Below are positions 1 to 7,480 of a stretch of DNA of 64,000 bases, piece by piece. Both the position numbers and the translations under genes were made by a program. Within the stretch, counting starts at the first letter, position 1. Every line of letters begins with the position of its first letter. Location of the stretch: positions 4,907-68,906 of the forward strand of contig VGWF01000003.1 of NCBI GenBank assembly GCA_016873715.1. The letters are read 5' to 3'. Below the pieces are notes generated by a model. It searched no databases, had not been told where the DNA came from, and saw nothing but the letters and a program-made list of their open reading frames with translations. This stretch comes from Lentisphaerota bacterium. GTDB taxonomy: Bacteria; Verrucomicrobiota; Kiritimatiellia; PWTM01.

Positions 1-1
1 G

Positions 2-145
2 GACTCCCCGACCACCGGAACCTGGACCGCCGTGAACGGCTTCGGACGCGTGGAGGGCGGGGGGCAGACGGTGATCCACACCAACGGCCCGTCGGATCCG
101 TTCCGCGCGTACCGGGTCCGCGCCTGGATCGAGAACCGGCCGTGA
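2..145 (+). CDS. 3' end of a gene entering the window; C-terminus resembles the tail of PVC secreted proteins
   Basis: Open frame 2 reads DSPTTGTWTAVNGFGRVEGGGQTVIHTNGPSDPFRAYRVRAWIENRP*. TGA at 143-145 overlaps the next GTG (GTGA). Confidence 0.6.
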   Translation, partial: DSPTTGTWTAVNGFGRVEGGGQTVIHTNGPSDPFRAYRVRAWIENRP

Positions 146-903
146 GCCGGAAGGGAGACCCCATGGCCGCATCGCGCACCCTGGCCGCCCTCGCCCTGTC
201 CGCCGCCCTCCCCTGCCTCGCCGCGCACGCCGCCGGCGACGCGAAGCCGAACATCCTGATCCTCGGCGATTCGATCTCGATCGGCTACACCCCGCCGCTG
301 ACGCGGCTGCTCGGGGACCGCGCGGTCGTCGTCCACAACCCCGGCAACGCGGCGCACGCCCGCAACGGGGCGGAGAAGATCGATGCGTGGGTCGGCACGT
401 CAAAGTGGGACGTGATCCACTTCAACCACGGGCTGCACGATCTCAAGTACATCGACGACCGGGGCAGCAACGTGATGCGGCAGGCGGACGGTCACCGGCA
501 GGTCGACCTCCCCGAGTATGCCGCCTGCCTGGAGACGATGGTCCTGCGCATGAAGCAGACCGGCGCGAAGCTGGTCTTCGCGACGACGACGCCGTTCCCC
601 GAGGGAACGAAGCCGGTGCGCATTCCGGCGGACTGCGCGCTCTACAACGAGGCGGCGCTCGCGGTCATGAAGAAGCACGGCGTCGCGATCAACGACCTCT
701 GCGCGTACGCCGCGCCGCACCTCGCCGAATGGCAGAAGCCCGTGAACGTCCATTTCCTGGACGAGGGGTCGAACCAGCTCGCGCTGGAGGTGGCCCGGCA
801 GATCTGGAAGGCGCTCGGCCGCGACCCGGCGGAGCTGCCCTCGAAGGTCCCCCCGGCGCCCGGGGCGGAACGGCCGGGCAGGGCCGCGCCGGCGAAGAAG
901 TAG
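142..903 (+). CDS. SGNH/GDSL hydrolase family protein, secreted
   Basis: Signal peptide, block I ILGDSIS, block III FNHGLHD, C-terminal NVHF. Alternative start ATG 163. Confidence 0.9.
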   Translation: MSRKGDPMAASRTLAALALSAALPCLAAHAAGDAKPNILILGDSISIGYTPPLTRLLGDRAVVVHNPGNAAHARNGAEKIDAWVGTSKWDVIHFNHGLHDLKYIDDRGSNVMRQADGHRQVDLPEYAACLETMVLRMKQTGAKLVFATTTPFPEGTKPVRIPADCALYNEAALAVMKKHGVAINDLCAYAAPHLAEWQKPVNVHFLDEGSNQLALEVARQIWKALGRDPAELPSKVPPAPGAERPGRAAPAKK

Positions 904-987
904 CCCGCCGGCGATCGCCTTCTGCCATCACCGCTCGCGGGGTCGTCCCGTTTGTCGGCGGCGGCAGGCGGCGGTAGGATGTCCGGC

Positions 988-1776
988 ATGACATCGCACG
1001 CGTCCAGCTTCGCGCGCGGAGGGGCTGTCCTTTCCGCCGCCCTCGCCGTTGCGGCGGGGCTTGGTCCGGCCGCCGCGCCGGCGCAGTCGACGGTCTCCAA
1101 CCTCCTCGCCTCCTACGCGACCGTGGACCGCATCGAGTGCGACGTCCGGCGCGACACGGAGGCGGGGACGCGCCGCGGCCGGAAGTTGAGCCGCGTCAGC
1201 TTCGCCCGGCCGGACCGCCTTCACGTCGAGAACGTGGCGCCGCTGCGGAGGCGGATCGTGTCGGACGGGACCAACTTCTTCAGCTACATCGAGGGCGACC
1301 CGATGGGGTTCATGCGGCCCGTCGCGGACTTGGACGGGCCGATGCGCGAGGGGCTGCGGGCCGTGCCGGGCACTGCGATGGAGCACCTGCTCCGGCTGCA
1401 GGACCGTCCCGAGACGAACCTCCCGGCGGCGCCCGGATTCGCGCGATGCGTCCGCATCCTCGGCCCGCCCCCGCAGGCGACGCTGGCGTTCGACGAGCGG
1501 GGACGGCTCGTGCGCCTCGAGGTCTTCGCGGGATCCGACGATGCCGGGGCGGTCGCGGCGTGGGACTACTCGGAGTTCCTCGAGGCCGCGCCGGGCGTGT
1601 GGATCCCGACCGTCCACCGGGCCGTCATGCAGATGGGACCGGGCGGCGCCGCGCGCGAGACGGCACGGTTCGAAAACTACCGGATCGGGGTCACGATCGA
1701 CCCCGCGCGGTTCGACCCGGCGCGGTTCTTCCCCGACGTGCGGTTCACGAACTCGATCGAGGCCATCTACCGGTAA
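988..1776 (+). CDS. LolA-like outer-membrane lipoprotein carrier/sorting fold protein
   Basis: Signal peptide, FARPDRLHVE and IVSDGTNFFSY motifs, C-terminal RFENYRIGVTIDPARF. Start chosen from promoter spacing (ORF track start 952). Confidence 0.65.
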   Translation: MTSHASSFARGGAVLSAALAVAAGLGPAAAPAQSTVSNLLASYATVDRIECDVRRDTEAGTRRGRKLSRVSFARPDRLHVENVAPLRRRIVSDGTNFFSYIEGDPMGFMRPVADLDGPMREGLRAVPGTAMEHLLRLQDRPETNLPAAPGFARCVRILGPPPQATLAFDERGRLVRLEVFAGSDDAGAVAAWDYSEFLEAAPGVWIPTVHRAVMQMGPGGAARETARFENYRIGVTIDPARFDPARFFPDVRFTNSIEAIYR

Positions 1777-1878
1777 CCGGGATCCGCCGCACCGTGCCCA
1801 CGGATGCGGCCGCGTCCCCGCGTGCGTCCTCCGGGTGATCGCCGGGCATCCAGGGCCCGGCCGGGGGCGGGCGCCAAC

Positions 1879-1948
1879 GTAGTCCTCACGCTCCGCGTGA
1901 GGACATCTCCGCAATCCGGATGGTCATCACGCGGAGCGTGATGACTAC
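1879..1948. repeat. GTAG-type REP doublet (inverted pair of short palindromes)
   Basis: GTAGTCCTCACGCTCCGCGTGAGGAC (1879-1904) and an inverted copy GTCATCACGCGGAGCGTGATGACTAC (1923-1948). Confidence 0.8.
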
Positions 1949-2092
1949 CCTGCGGGGCCGCCGCCGGTCTTGCGCGGAGGGATGGCGGGAGGGGCGCATC
2001 TCCGGTCCCGTGCAGCGATGACGAAGGCGCCCGCATGATCAGGTCAATGAATCGGAGATGCGCCCCCGGGGATCCGGGCGCGCGGTGCGGCG

Positions 2093-2121
2093 TTGCACGA
2101 TGCGCGCGGACGGCGTATCCT
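2093..2121 (+). promoter_or_regulatory. Putative sigma70 promoter of the peptide-YidD-TPR module
   Basis: TTGCAC-N17-TATCCT; SD AGGAGG upstream of ATG 2199. Confidence 0.5.
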
Positions 2122-2198
2122 CTCCACCATCGGGGACGGACCGGGTCCAGACGGGATTCCGGACGAGCCGCCGACACAACGCAGGAGGACGAAGGCCT

Positions 2199-2489
2199 AT
2201 GATGAAGAAGATTGCGATCGCGCTCGTCGCCGTGACGATGCTCGCGGGATCGTTGCCGGCCACGGCCGCGAATCCCCAGCGCGGCGGGTTCATGGGGTTT
2301 CTCGCCGGATGCCTGTTCGGCGTCCGCACCGCCGCGGATTACAACGACGGCAAGCAGATCCACTGGCGCGAATGGGTCATGCTCGTTCCGTTCGTGAACG
2401 TCGCGTTCGCCGTGTGGAACGGCATCGACGGCGCCGGTGGATGGACGACCAAGGACTTCGCCACCCAGTACGGCAGCCAGTACTACTGA
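2199..2489 (+). CDS. Small exported hydrophobic protein (96 aa), unknown function
   Basis: SD AGGAGG, signal peptide MMKKIAIALVAVTMLAGSLPATAA, typical high-GC3 codons, two Gly-rich hydrophobic segments. Confidence 0.8.
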   Translation: MMKKIAIALVAVTMLAGSLPATAANPQRGGFMGFLAGCLFGVRTAADYNDGKQIHWREWVMLVPFVNVAFAVWNGIDGAGGWTTKDFATQYGSQYY

Positions 2490-2498
2490 TCCGGGATC

Positions 2499-3050
2499 AT
2501 GCGATGGTCGACCAGGGCCCCGGCGTTCGTCGCCGGGGCCTTTGTCGTCGTCACCCTGGCCGCGGGCGCCGCGACGGACCGGACCGCGCTGGCGCGCCAG
2601 TTGCTGGAGGACGGCTGCCGGGCCGAGTGCCGCCGGGAATGCGTCCGCCTCCTGGCGGCGGCTCCCGGCGACGCCGAGGTGGCGGCGCTCCGGGACGCGG
2701 CCGCCGGTGACGGGGCCGGCGGCGCCGCGGAGCGGGAGACGGTCCGGTCGCTCCCCGGGCGCCTGCTGGTCGGGCTCTACCGGTCGGTGGTGCGGCCGGC
2801 CATCGGCGCGCGATGCGCCCTCGATCCGAGTTGCTCGGAGTACTTCCTGATCGTCAGCCGCCGCCACGGACTGCTTGGCTTTCCCATGATCGTCGACCGG
2901 TTCGTCCGCGAGCCCTCGGTGCTCCGGGCGCACCCGGTCCCCGCGCCGCCGGGCGGCAACGTCCGCGTGCCCGACCCGGTCTGCGACCACGATTTCTGGA
3001 TGTCCCCGCGCCACGCCGCGACCTGCCCGCACCGGGGTACCCCTCCATGA
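2499..3050 (+). CDS. YidD-like (haemolytic domain) protein with N-terminal signal peptide and helical extension
   Basis: LYRSVVRPAIGARCALDPSCSEYF...RHGLLG...DR matches the YidD CxxxPSCSxY motif. Confidence 0.8.
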   Translation: MRWSTRAPAFVAGAFVVVTLAAGAATDRTALARQLLEDGCRAECRRECVRLLAAAPGDAEVAALRDAAAGDGAGGAAERETVRSLPGRLLVGLYRSVVRPAIGARCALDPSCSEYFLIVSRRHGLLGFPMIVDRFVREPSVLRAHPVPAPPGGNVRVPDPVCDHDFWMSPRHAATCPHRGTPP

Positions 3051-3084
3051 CCCGCGACTCCCGTCCGAACCAGGGATTCCGCGG

Positions 3085-3975
3085 ATGAAGCCGGCGTGTC
3101 CTTCCCTTTCCGTCGTTCCATCCGTGCGAGCCCTGCCCTGCGTGGCGCTTCTCCTGTCCGGCCTCGGCGCAGCGGCCGCGGACCCGGGGCTCCGCCTCGC
3201 GATCGACCTTGCGGACCGCGGCGATGCGGGCGGCGCCGCCGTCGAGTTCCGCCGGCTGGCCCTCGATGCGGACGCGCCGGCGGCCCGGGCCGCGTTCGAG
3301 TGGGCCGCGGCGCGCGAGCATGCTCGGGACGGCCGCACGGAGGTGTCGGAGCGGATGCTCGACCGCGCCGAGGACTCCGGCGCGCCGAAGGCCCCGTGCC
3401 TCCTGCTCCGCGCGGAGAATGCGGCCGCGGCGGGCGACAGCGCGGCGGCCGGGTTCTTCTGGTCGTCCTTCCGCGAAGCGTCGACGGAGACCGACGCCCG
3501 GGCCTTTGCCGCTCGCCGGATCGCCGCGCTCCATCTCGAGGCCGACGATCCGCAGGCCGCGGCCGTCGCGCTTCGCGCGTCGCCGCGCGACGAGGCCGCC
3601 GCCCTCGCCGCCGTGGACGCCTACCGCGCCGGCCCCCGCAAGCGGCCGCTGGTCGGAGGGCTGCTGGGCCTTGTTCCCGGCCTCGGCTACGCCTACAGCG
3701 GCGAGTACGGAAACGCCGCGCGGTCCCTCCTGCTGAACGGATTGTTCATCGGGCTGATGGTCCTTGCGGCGGACGACGACCACTGGGGCGCCTTCGGGCT
3801 GGCGGGGTTCGCCGAGGTGACGCTGTACTCCGGCAGCGTCTACGGGGGCATCGATGCGGCGCACCGGTGGAACCGGCGGCGGGCGCTCGATGCCGTGCAT
3901 GCGGTCCAGGGGGAGTCCGCATGGGACGTGGATTACGGGTCGCTTCCCGTGATGAAGATCCGCTATACTTTCTGA
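3085..3975 (+). CDS. Exported TPR-like protein with C-terminal TM2/DUF5683-like hydrophobic hairpin
   Basis: Signal peptide, Ala-rich helical repeats, KRPLVGGLLGLVPGLGYAYSGEY...SVYGGIDAA, ends KIRYTF. Confidence 0.75.
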   Translation: MKPACPSLSVVPSVRALPCVALLLSGLGAAAADPGLRLAIDLADRGDAGGAAVEFRRLALDADAPAARAAFEWAAAREHARDGRTEVSERMLDRAEDSGAPKAPCLLLRAENAAAAGDSAAAGFFWSSFREASTETDARAFAARRIAALHLEADDPQAAAVALRASPRDEAAALAAVDAYRAGPRKRPLVGGLLGLVPGLGYAYSGEYGNAARSLLLNGLFIGLMVLAADDDHWGAFGLAGFAEVTLYSGSVYGGIDAAHRWNRRRALDAVHAVQGESAWDVDYGSLPVMKIRYTF

Positions 3976-3980
3976 GGCGC

Positions 3981-4616
3981 ATGAAACCTGCCCGGACCAT
4001 CCCCGTCCTGCGCACCGGAGCGGCGGTACTGGCCGCCCTTGCCTTCCTGGCGGCGCCGGTCGTTGCCCCTGCCGCCGAGAAGGGCAAGAAGAAGGCGGCC
4101 GCCAAGCCGGCGGCCAAGGCCCCCGCCGCGGGCAAGGCCAAGCCTGCCGCCGACAAGGCGCCGGCGAAGAAGCCCGCTCCGAAGTTCGTCGCGAAGCCCA
4201 GCACGGCCCCCCTCAAGGCCCTGCCCGCTCCGGAGAGCTCCGCGGGCAAGGTCGGCTCCGACCAGGCGGCGGCGTCGATGAGCATCGCCACCCGTCTCCA
4301 GGCCGAACGCGACCATGCCGAGTCCGAGCAGGCGTTTCTCCGGCTGCTGCAGGACAAGCTGCCGGTCGGACTCTGGAGTCCCGACCGCATCGCGAGCGCG
4401 GACGACGGGAACACGCTGCTCCATTACGCGGTGATGCAGGGCTGGGCGAACGCGGCGGGCTACCTCGTCGAACAGGGCGCGGATCTCGAATCCCGCAACA
4501 TCCTCGGGAAGACGCCGGCGATCCTCGCGAAGGAACTCGGCCACGGTCGGATCCTCGGGATCCTCGAGGCCGGGGCGCAGGCGCGGGACGCGAAACGGTC
4601 CGACCGGGGGCAGTGA
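3981..4616 (+). CDS. Exported ankyrin-repeat protein with Lys/Ala/Pro-rich N-terminal region
   Basis: DGNTLLHYAVMQGW...LVEQGADLESRNILGKTPAILA ankyrin consensus; signal peptide from ATG 3981. Confidence 0.85.
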   Translation: MKPARTIPVLRTGAAVLAALAFLAAPVVAPAAEKGKKKAAAKPAAKAPAAGKAKPAADKAPAKKPAPKFVAKPSTAPLKALPAPESSAGKVGSDQAAASMSIATRLQAERDHAESEQAFLRLLQDKLPVGLWSPDRIASADDGNTLLHYAVMQGWANAAGYLVEQGADLESRNILGKTPAILAKELGHGRILGILEAGAQARDAKRSDRGQ

Positions 4617-4676
4617 GGGACTCCCCGTCGTGGGCGCCGGATCCCGGCGACGTGCGATCGACCGCCTCGCTCCGGA

Positions 4677-5123
4677 TCAGGAGGCGGCCCCCGACCGGGC
4701 GAAAGTCCAGTGCCGCTGCAGCACGAACGACACGACCGCGACGGTCGCATCCGCGCACAACTTGGCCAGGGCCGGCCGTCCCGGCAGCAGCCGCGTGTAG
4801 AGTCCCACGGCCGCGAGGGCCAGCACGTAGGCCGAAGCCCACACGACCCAGAACCGCGCGAACTGCACGCGCAGCGCAAGACCGCGCCGGTCGCGGAAGG
4901 TCCAGGCGCGGTTCAGGGCGAAACTGACCAGCCCCCCGGCCGGCCGGCACACGGCCTGCGCAGCGAGCGGGCTCCATCCAAGCCCCGAGCTCAGCAGGAA
5001 GAAGGTGCCGTAGTCGGTGGCGACCACGGCGAACCCGCACAGGGAATAGCGGATCGCGTCCCGGAGAACCCCGGGACGCATGCACCCTCCCGTCTTCGGA
5101 TCGGCCCTGGACTCGTCCGTCAT
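4677..5123 (-). CDS. GtrA family membrane protein
   Basis: RYSLCGFAVVATDYG, SFALNRAWTF, SFVLQRHWTF; 4 TM; SD GGGAG before ATG 5123. Confidence 0.88.
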   Translation of the reverse strand: MTDESRADPKTGGCMRPGVLRDAIRYSLCGFAVVATDYGTFFLLSSGLGWSPLAAQAVCRPAGGLVSFALNRAWTFRDRRGLALRVQFARFWVVWASAYVLALAAVGLYTRLLPGRPALAKLCADATVAVVSFVLQRHWTFARSGAAS

Positions 5124-5235
5124 GGCACTCCCGCGAGCCCGCACAGTGCCCGATTCCGGGGCGCACGGCAACCGCCGCCCAAATCCACGGCTACGCTTGG
5201 TCGATAGGAACGAACGATGCTTCGAGGGCCCCCTG

Positions 5236-5325
5236 CACGGCGCCGACGGAGCGGCGCCCTCCAGGTCCGCCCTCTCGTATCCCCAGGAAACAGGATCTGG
5301 AGGGCCGCGCTCCGTCGCGGCCGTG
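5236..5325. repeat. GGAG-type REP-like inverted doublet
   Basis: CACGGCGCCGACGGAGCGGCGCCCTCCAG (5236-5264) versus CTGGAGGGCCGCGCTCCGTCGCGGCCGTG (5297-5325), near reverse complements. Confidence 0.75.
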
Positions 5326-5399
5326 TCCATGCGCACTTCACACGGGTGGTCACCGGATATCCGAGGCTTGGCCGAGGATTGGGGCCGCCGACAAAGGGA

Positions 5400-5428
5400 T
5401 TGAGCCGGCGGATCCGGGTCGCTACTCT
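5400..5428 (+). promoter_or_regulatory. Putative sigma70 promoter giving a leaderless transcript
   Basis: TTGAGC-N17-TACTCT-N6-ATG(5435), no SD. Confidence 0.5.
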
Positions 5429-5434
5429 GCCGGC

Positions 5435-6409
5435 ATGAGGGGAGCCCGAAACGTCCTTCCGCTCCTGCTGGCTGTCGGCCTCGGGGCCGTGCCGGCCGCG
5501 GTCCGCGCCGCGCTCCTCGCCTACGAACCGTTCCTCGCCGGCGGGGCGTCGCCCAACCTCGCCGCCGGACAGTACACCAACGGCGTCGCCTATCCGGGTG
5601 ACCAGCTCCTCGGCCAGGGTCCCGCCGCCCTCGGGTTCGGCGCCGGATCGGCGTGGACCAACAACTCCGGCAGCGGCTACAACGCCAACGTCTACTACCG
5701 CACCGAGGCCGACCAGGGCGGCTACACCGACGGCAACGGCCGCCAGCTCGTCACCGCCGCCGGCCAGCTCAATCTCCAGCGCAGCTCCGGCGCCCCATCC
5801 GACAGCGACAAGAACGCCGTGCGCACCCTCGCGCTCGGGGGGAACCTCCCGGGCGTCATCTACATGAGCTTCATGGCCAGCATGACCGTCGGCGACCATG
5901 TCCGCCTCTCGTCCGGCGCGACGGACGGCTCCAGCGCGCAGCGGTTCTTCTTCGGCGCCAGCACCACGCGCAACCCCTTTGTGAGCGGCTGGAACGGCTC
6001 CGCCTACAGCAACGTCGTCAACACCGGCATCGCCATCTCGACGAACACGATGCACCTGTTCGTCGCCCGCATCCGCGACAACGGCGACGCCGTCCACGAC
6101 GAGATCGCCCTCTTCTTCGATCCTCTTCTCGCCTCGGAGGGCCTCAACACCCCGACCGCGGAGCTTACCCTCGGCAACTTCTACGTCGCCGGCAACGCCG
6201 GATGGACTCTCGTGGACACCTATATCCGCGGTCGTGCCGTCGACGCCCCGTCCTCGGTCCGCATCGACGAAATCCGCATCGGCACCACGTGGGCGGACGT
6301 CACACCGAACATCATCCCCGAGCCGTCGACCGCCGCCACGCTCCTTGCCGGTGTCCTGCTCCTCGCTCGCCGACTTCGCGGCGGCCGCCCGGACAGCCGC
6401 CTGCCGTGA
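5435..6409 (+). CDS. PEP-CTERM sorting-domain surface protein
   Basis: Signal peptide; DEIRIGTTWADV then IPEPSTAATLLAGVLLLARRLR. Confidence 0.92.
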   Translation: MRGARNVLPLLLAVGLGAVPAAVRAALLAYEPFLAGGASPNLAAGQYTNGVAYPGDQLLGQGPAALGFGAGSAWTNNSGSGYNANVYYRTEADQGGYTDGNGRQLVTAAGQLNLQRSSGAPSDSDKNAVRTLALGGNLPGVIYMSFMASMTVGDHVRLSSGATDGSSAQRFFFGASTTRNPFVSGWNGSAYSNVVNTGIAISTNTMHLFVARIRDNGDAVHDEIALFFDPLLASEGLNTPTAELTLGNFYVAGNAGWTLVDTYIRGRAVDAPSSVRIDEIRIGTTWADVTPNIIPEPSTAATLLAGVLLLARRLRGGRPDSRLP

Positions 6410-7110
6410 GCGTTCCGGCCTCCACGCCCCTCGGCGGCCCCGAGTCGATCTCCATCCGGGTCTCGATCGGGGACGACCTCCGCGCGCTCTGCCCCCGCAT
6501 CGCCGTCGGGCTCGTCGAGGCGCTCGTTCGCAACGACCGCCCCGCCCCCGATCTCCAGGCCGACATCGACGCCGCCCTCGCCGGCTTCGCGGATCATCCG
6601 CTCGAACGCATCAAGGAGCACCCGGCCATCGCCGCCACGCGCGCCCTCTACCGCGCCTGCGGCAAGGAGCCGAACCGCTACCGGCCCGCGGCCGAGCAAC
6701 TCCGCCGCCGCGCCGCCCAGGGCAAGGGCCTCTACCGGATCAGTCCCCTCGTCGATCTCGTGAACCTCGTCTCGCTCCGCACGGGGCTCTCCATCGGCGC
6801 GTTCGACCTCGACGCGGTCGACGGCGACGCCGAGTGGGGCGTCGGCCGCGCGGACGAACCCTACGAGGCCATCGGCCGCGGCCCCTTCAACATCGGGGGC
6901 ATGCCCGTTCTCCGCGACCGACGCGGCGCCTTCGGATCCCCGAGCAGCGACTCCGAGCGCACCAAGCTCCGCCCCGCGACCGTCCGGTTCCTGCTCAACA
7001 TCAACAGCTACGCCGGCCCCGATCCCGCCGTCGCCGCCATCGAACTCGCCTCCGGCCTCCTCCGCCGCCACGCCGACGCCACCGGGATCCGCAGCGCAGT
7101 CGTGCGCTGA
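6406..7110 (+). CDS. Stand-alone B3/4 domain protein (PheRS beta-related)
   Basis: YRACGKEPNRYRPAAEQLRRR, ISPLVDLVNLVSL, IGAFDLD, GSPSSDSERT. GTG overlaps the upstream stop. Confidence 0.88.
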   Translation: MSVPASTPLGGPESISIRVSIGDDLRALCPRIAVGLVEALVRNDRPAPDLQADIDAALAGFADHPLERIKEHPAIAATRALYRACGKEPNRYRPAAEQLRRRAAQGKGLYRISPLVDLVNLVSLRTGLSIGAFDLDAVDGDAEWGVGRADEPYEAIGRGPFNIGGMPVLRDRRGAFGSPSSDSERTKLRPATVRFLLNINSYAGPDPAVAAIELASGLLRRHADATGIRSAVVR

Positions 7111-7123
7111 GCCGGGGAACGGA

Positions 7124-7256
7124 AGCGGAGAGCACAGAGCGAAGAGCACAGAGCGGAGAGCAGAGAGCGGAGAGCAGAGAGCGGAGAGCCCCGAGCGGAG
7201 AGCACAGAGCGGAGAGCGTAGGGCGGAGAGCGCAGAGCGGAGAGTCGGGAGTGGGA
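7124..7256. repeat. Heptamer tandem array AGC(G/A)(G/C)AG, 17 units plus 2 degenerate
   Basis: Counted units AGCGGAG/AGCACAG/AGCAGAG..., with alternating 14-bp periodicity. Confidence 0.95.
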
Positions 7257-7269
7257 ACCAAAGGCCGCC

Positions 7270-7388
7270 GTTGGTTGTTGGCTGTTGGATGTTCGATGGT
7301 GGTAGTTCGTTGTTGAATGTTGGTTGTTCGGTGTTCGATGTTGGATGTTCGATGTTGGATGTTGGACGTTGGTTGTTGGTTGTTGGCT
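7270..7388. repeat. Heptamer tandem array GTT(G/C)G(A/T)T, 17 units
   Basis: Counted units GTTGGTT/GTTGGAT/GTTCGAT... Confidence 0.95.
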
Positions 7389-7480
7389 GCCGAGTCCGGC
7401 TGTCCCGCCCCGGTTCGCTTGCGCTATACTGTGCGCCTGACCGCGTCGGTTGACACCGGGGACCGGATCGGAGACTCCGT

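Noticed and set aside
7124-7388. Possible CRISPR array or coding repeat protein
   Set aside because: Units are 7 bp with no unique spacers and no cas genes. Translations (LSALRS, QHPTSN) are artefacts of the heptamer period.
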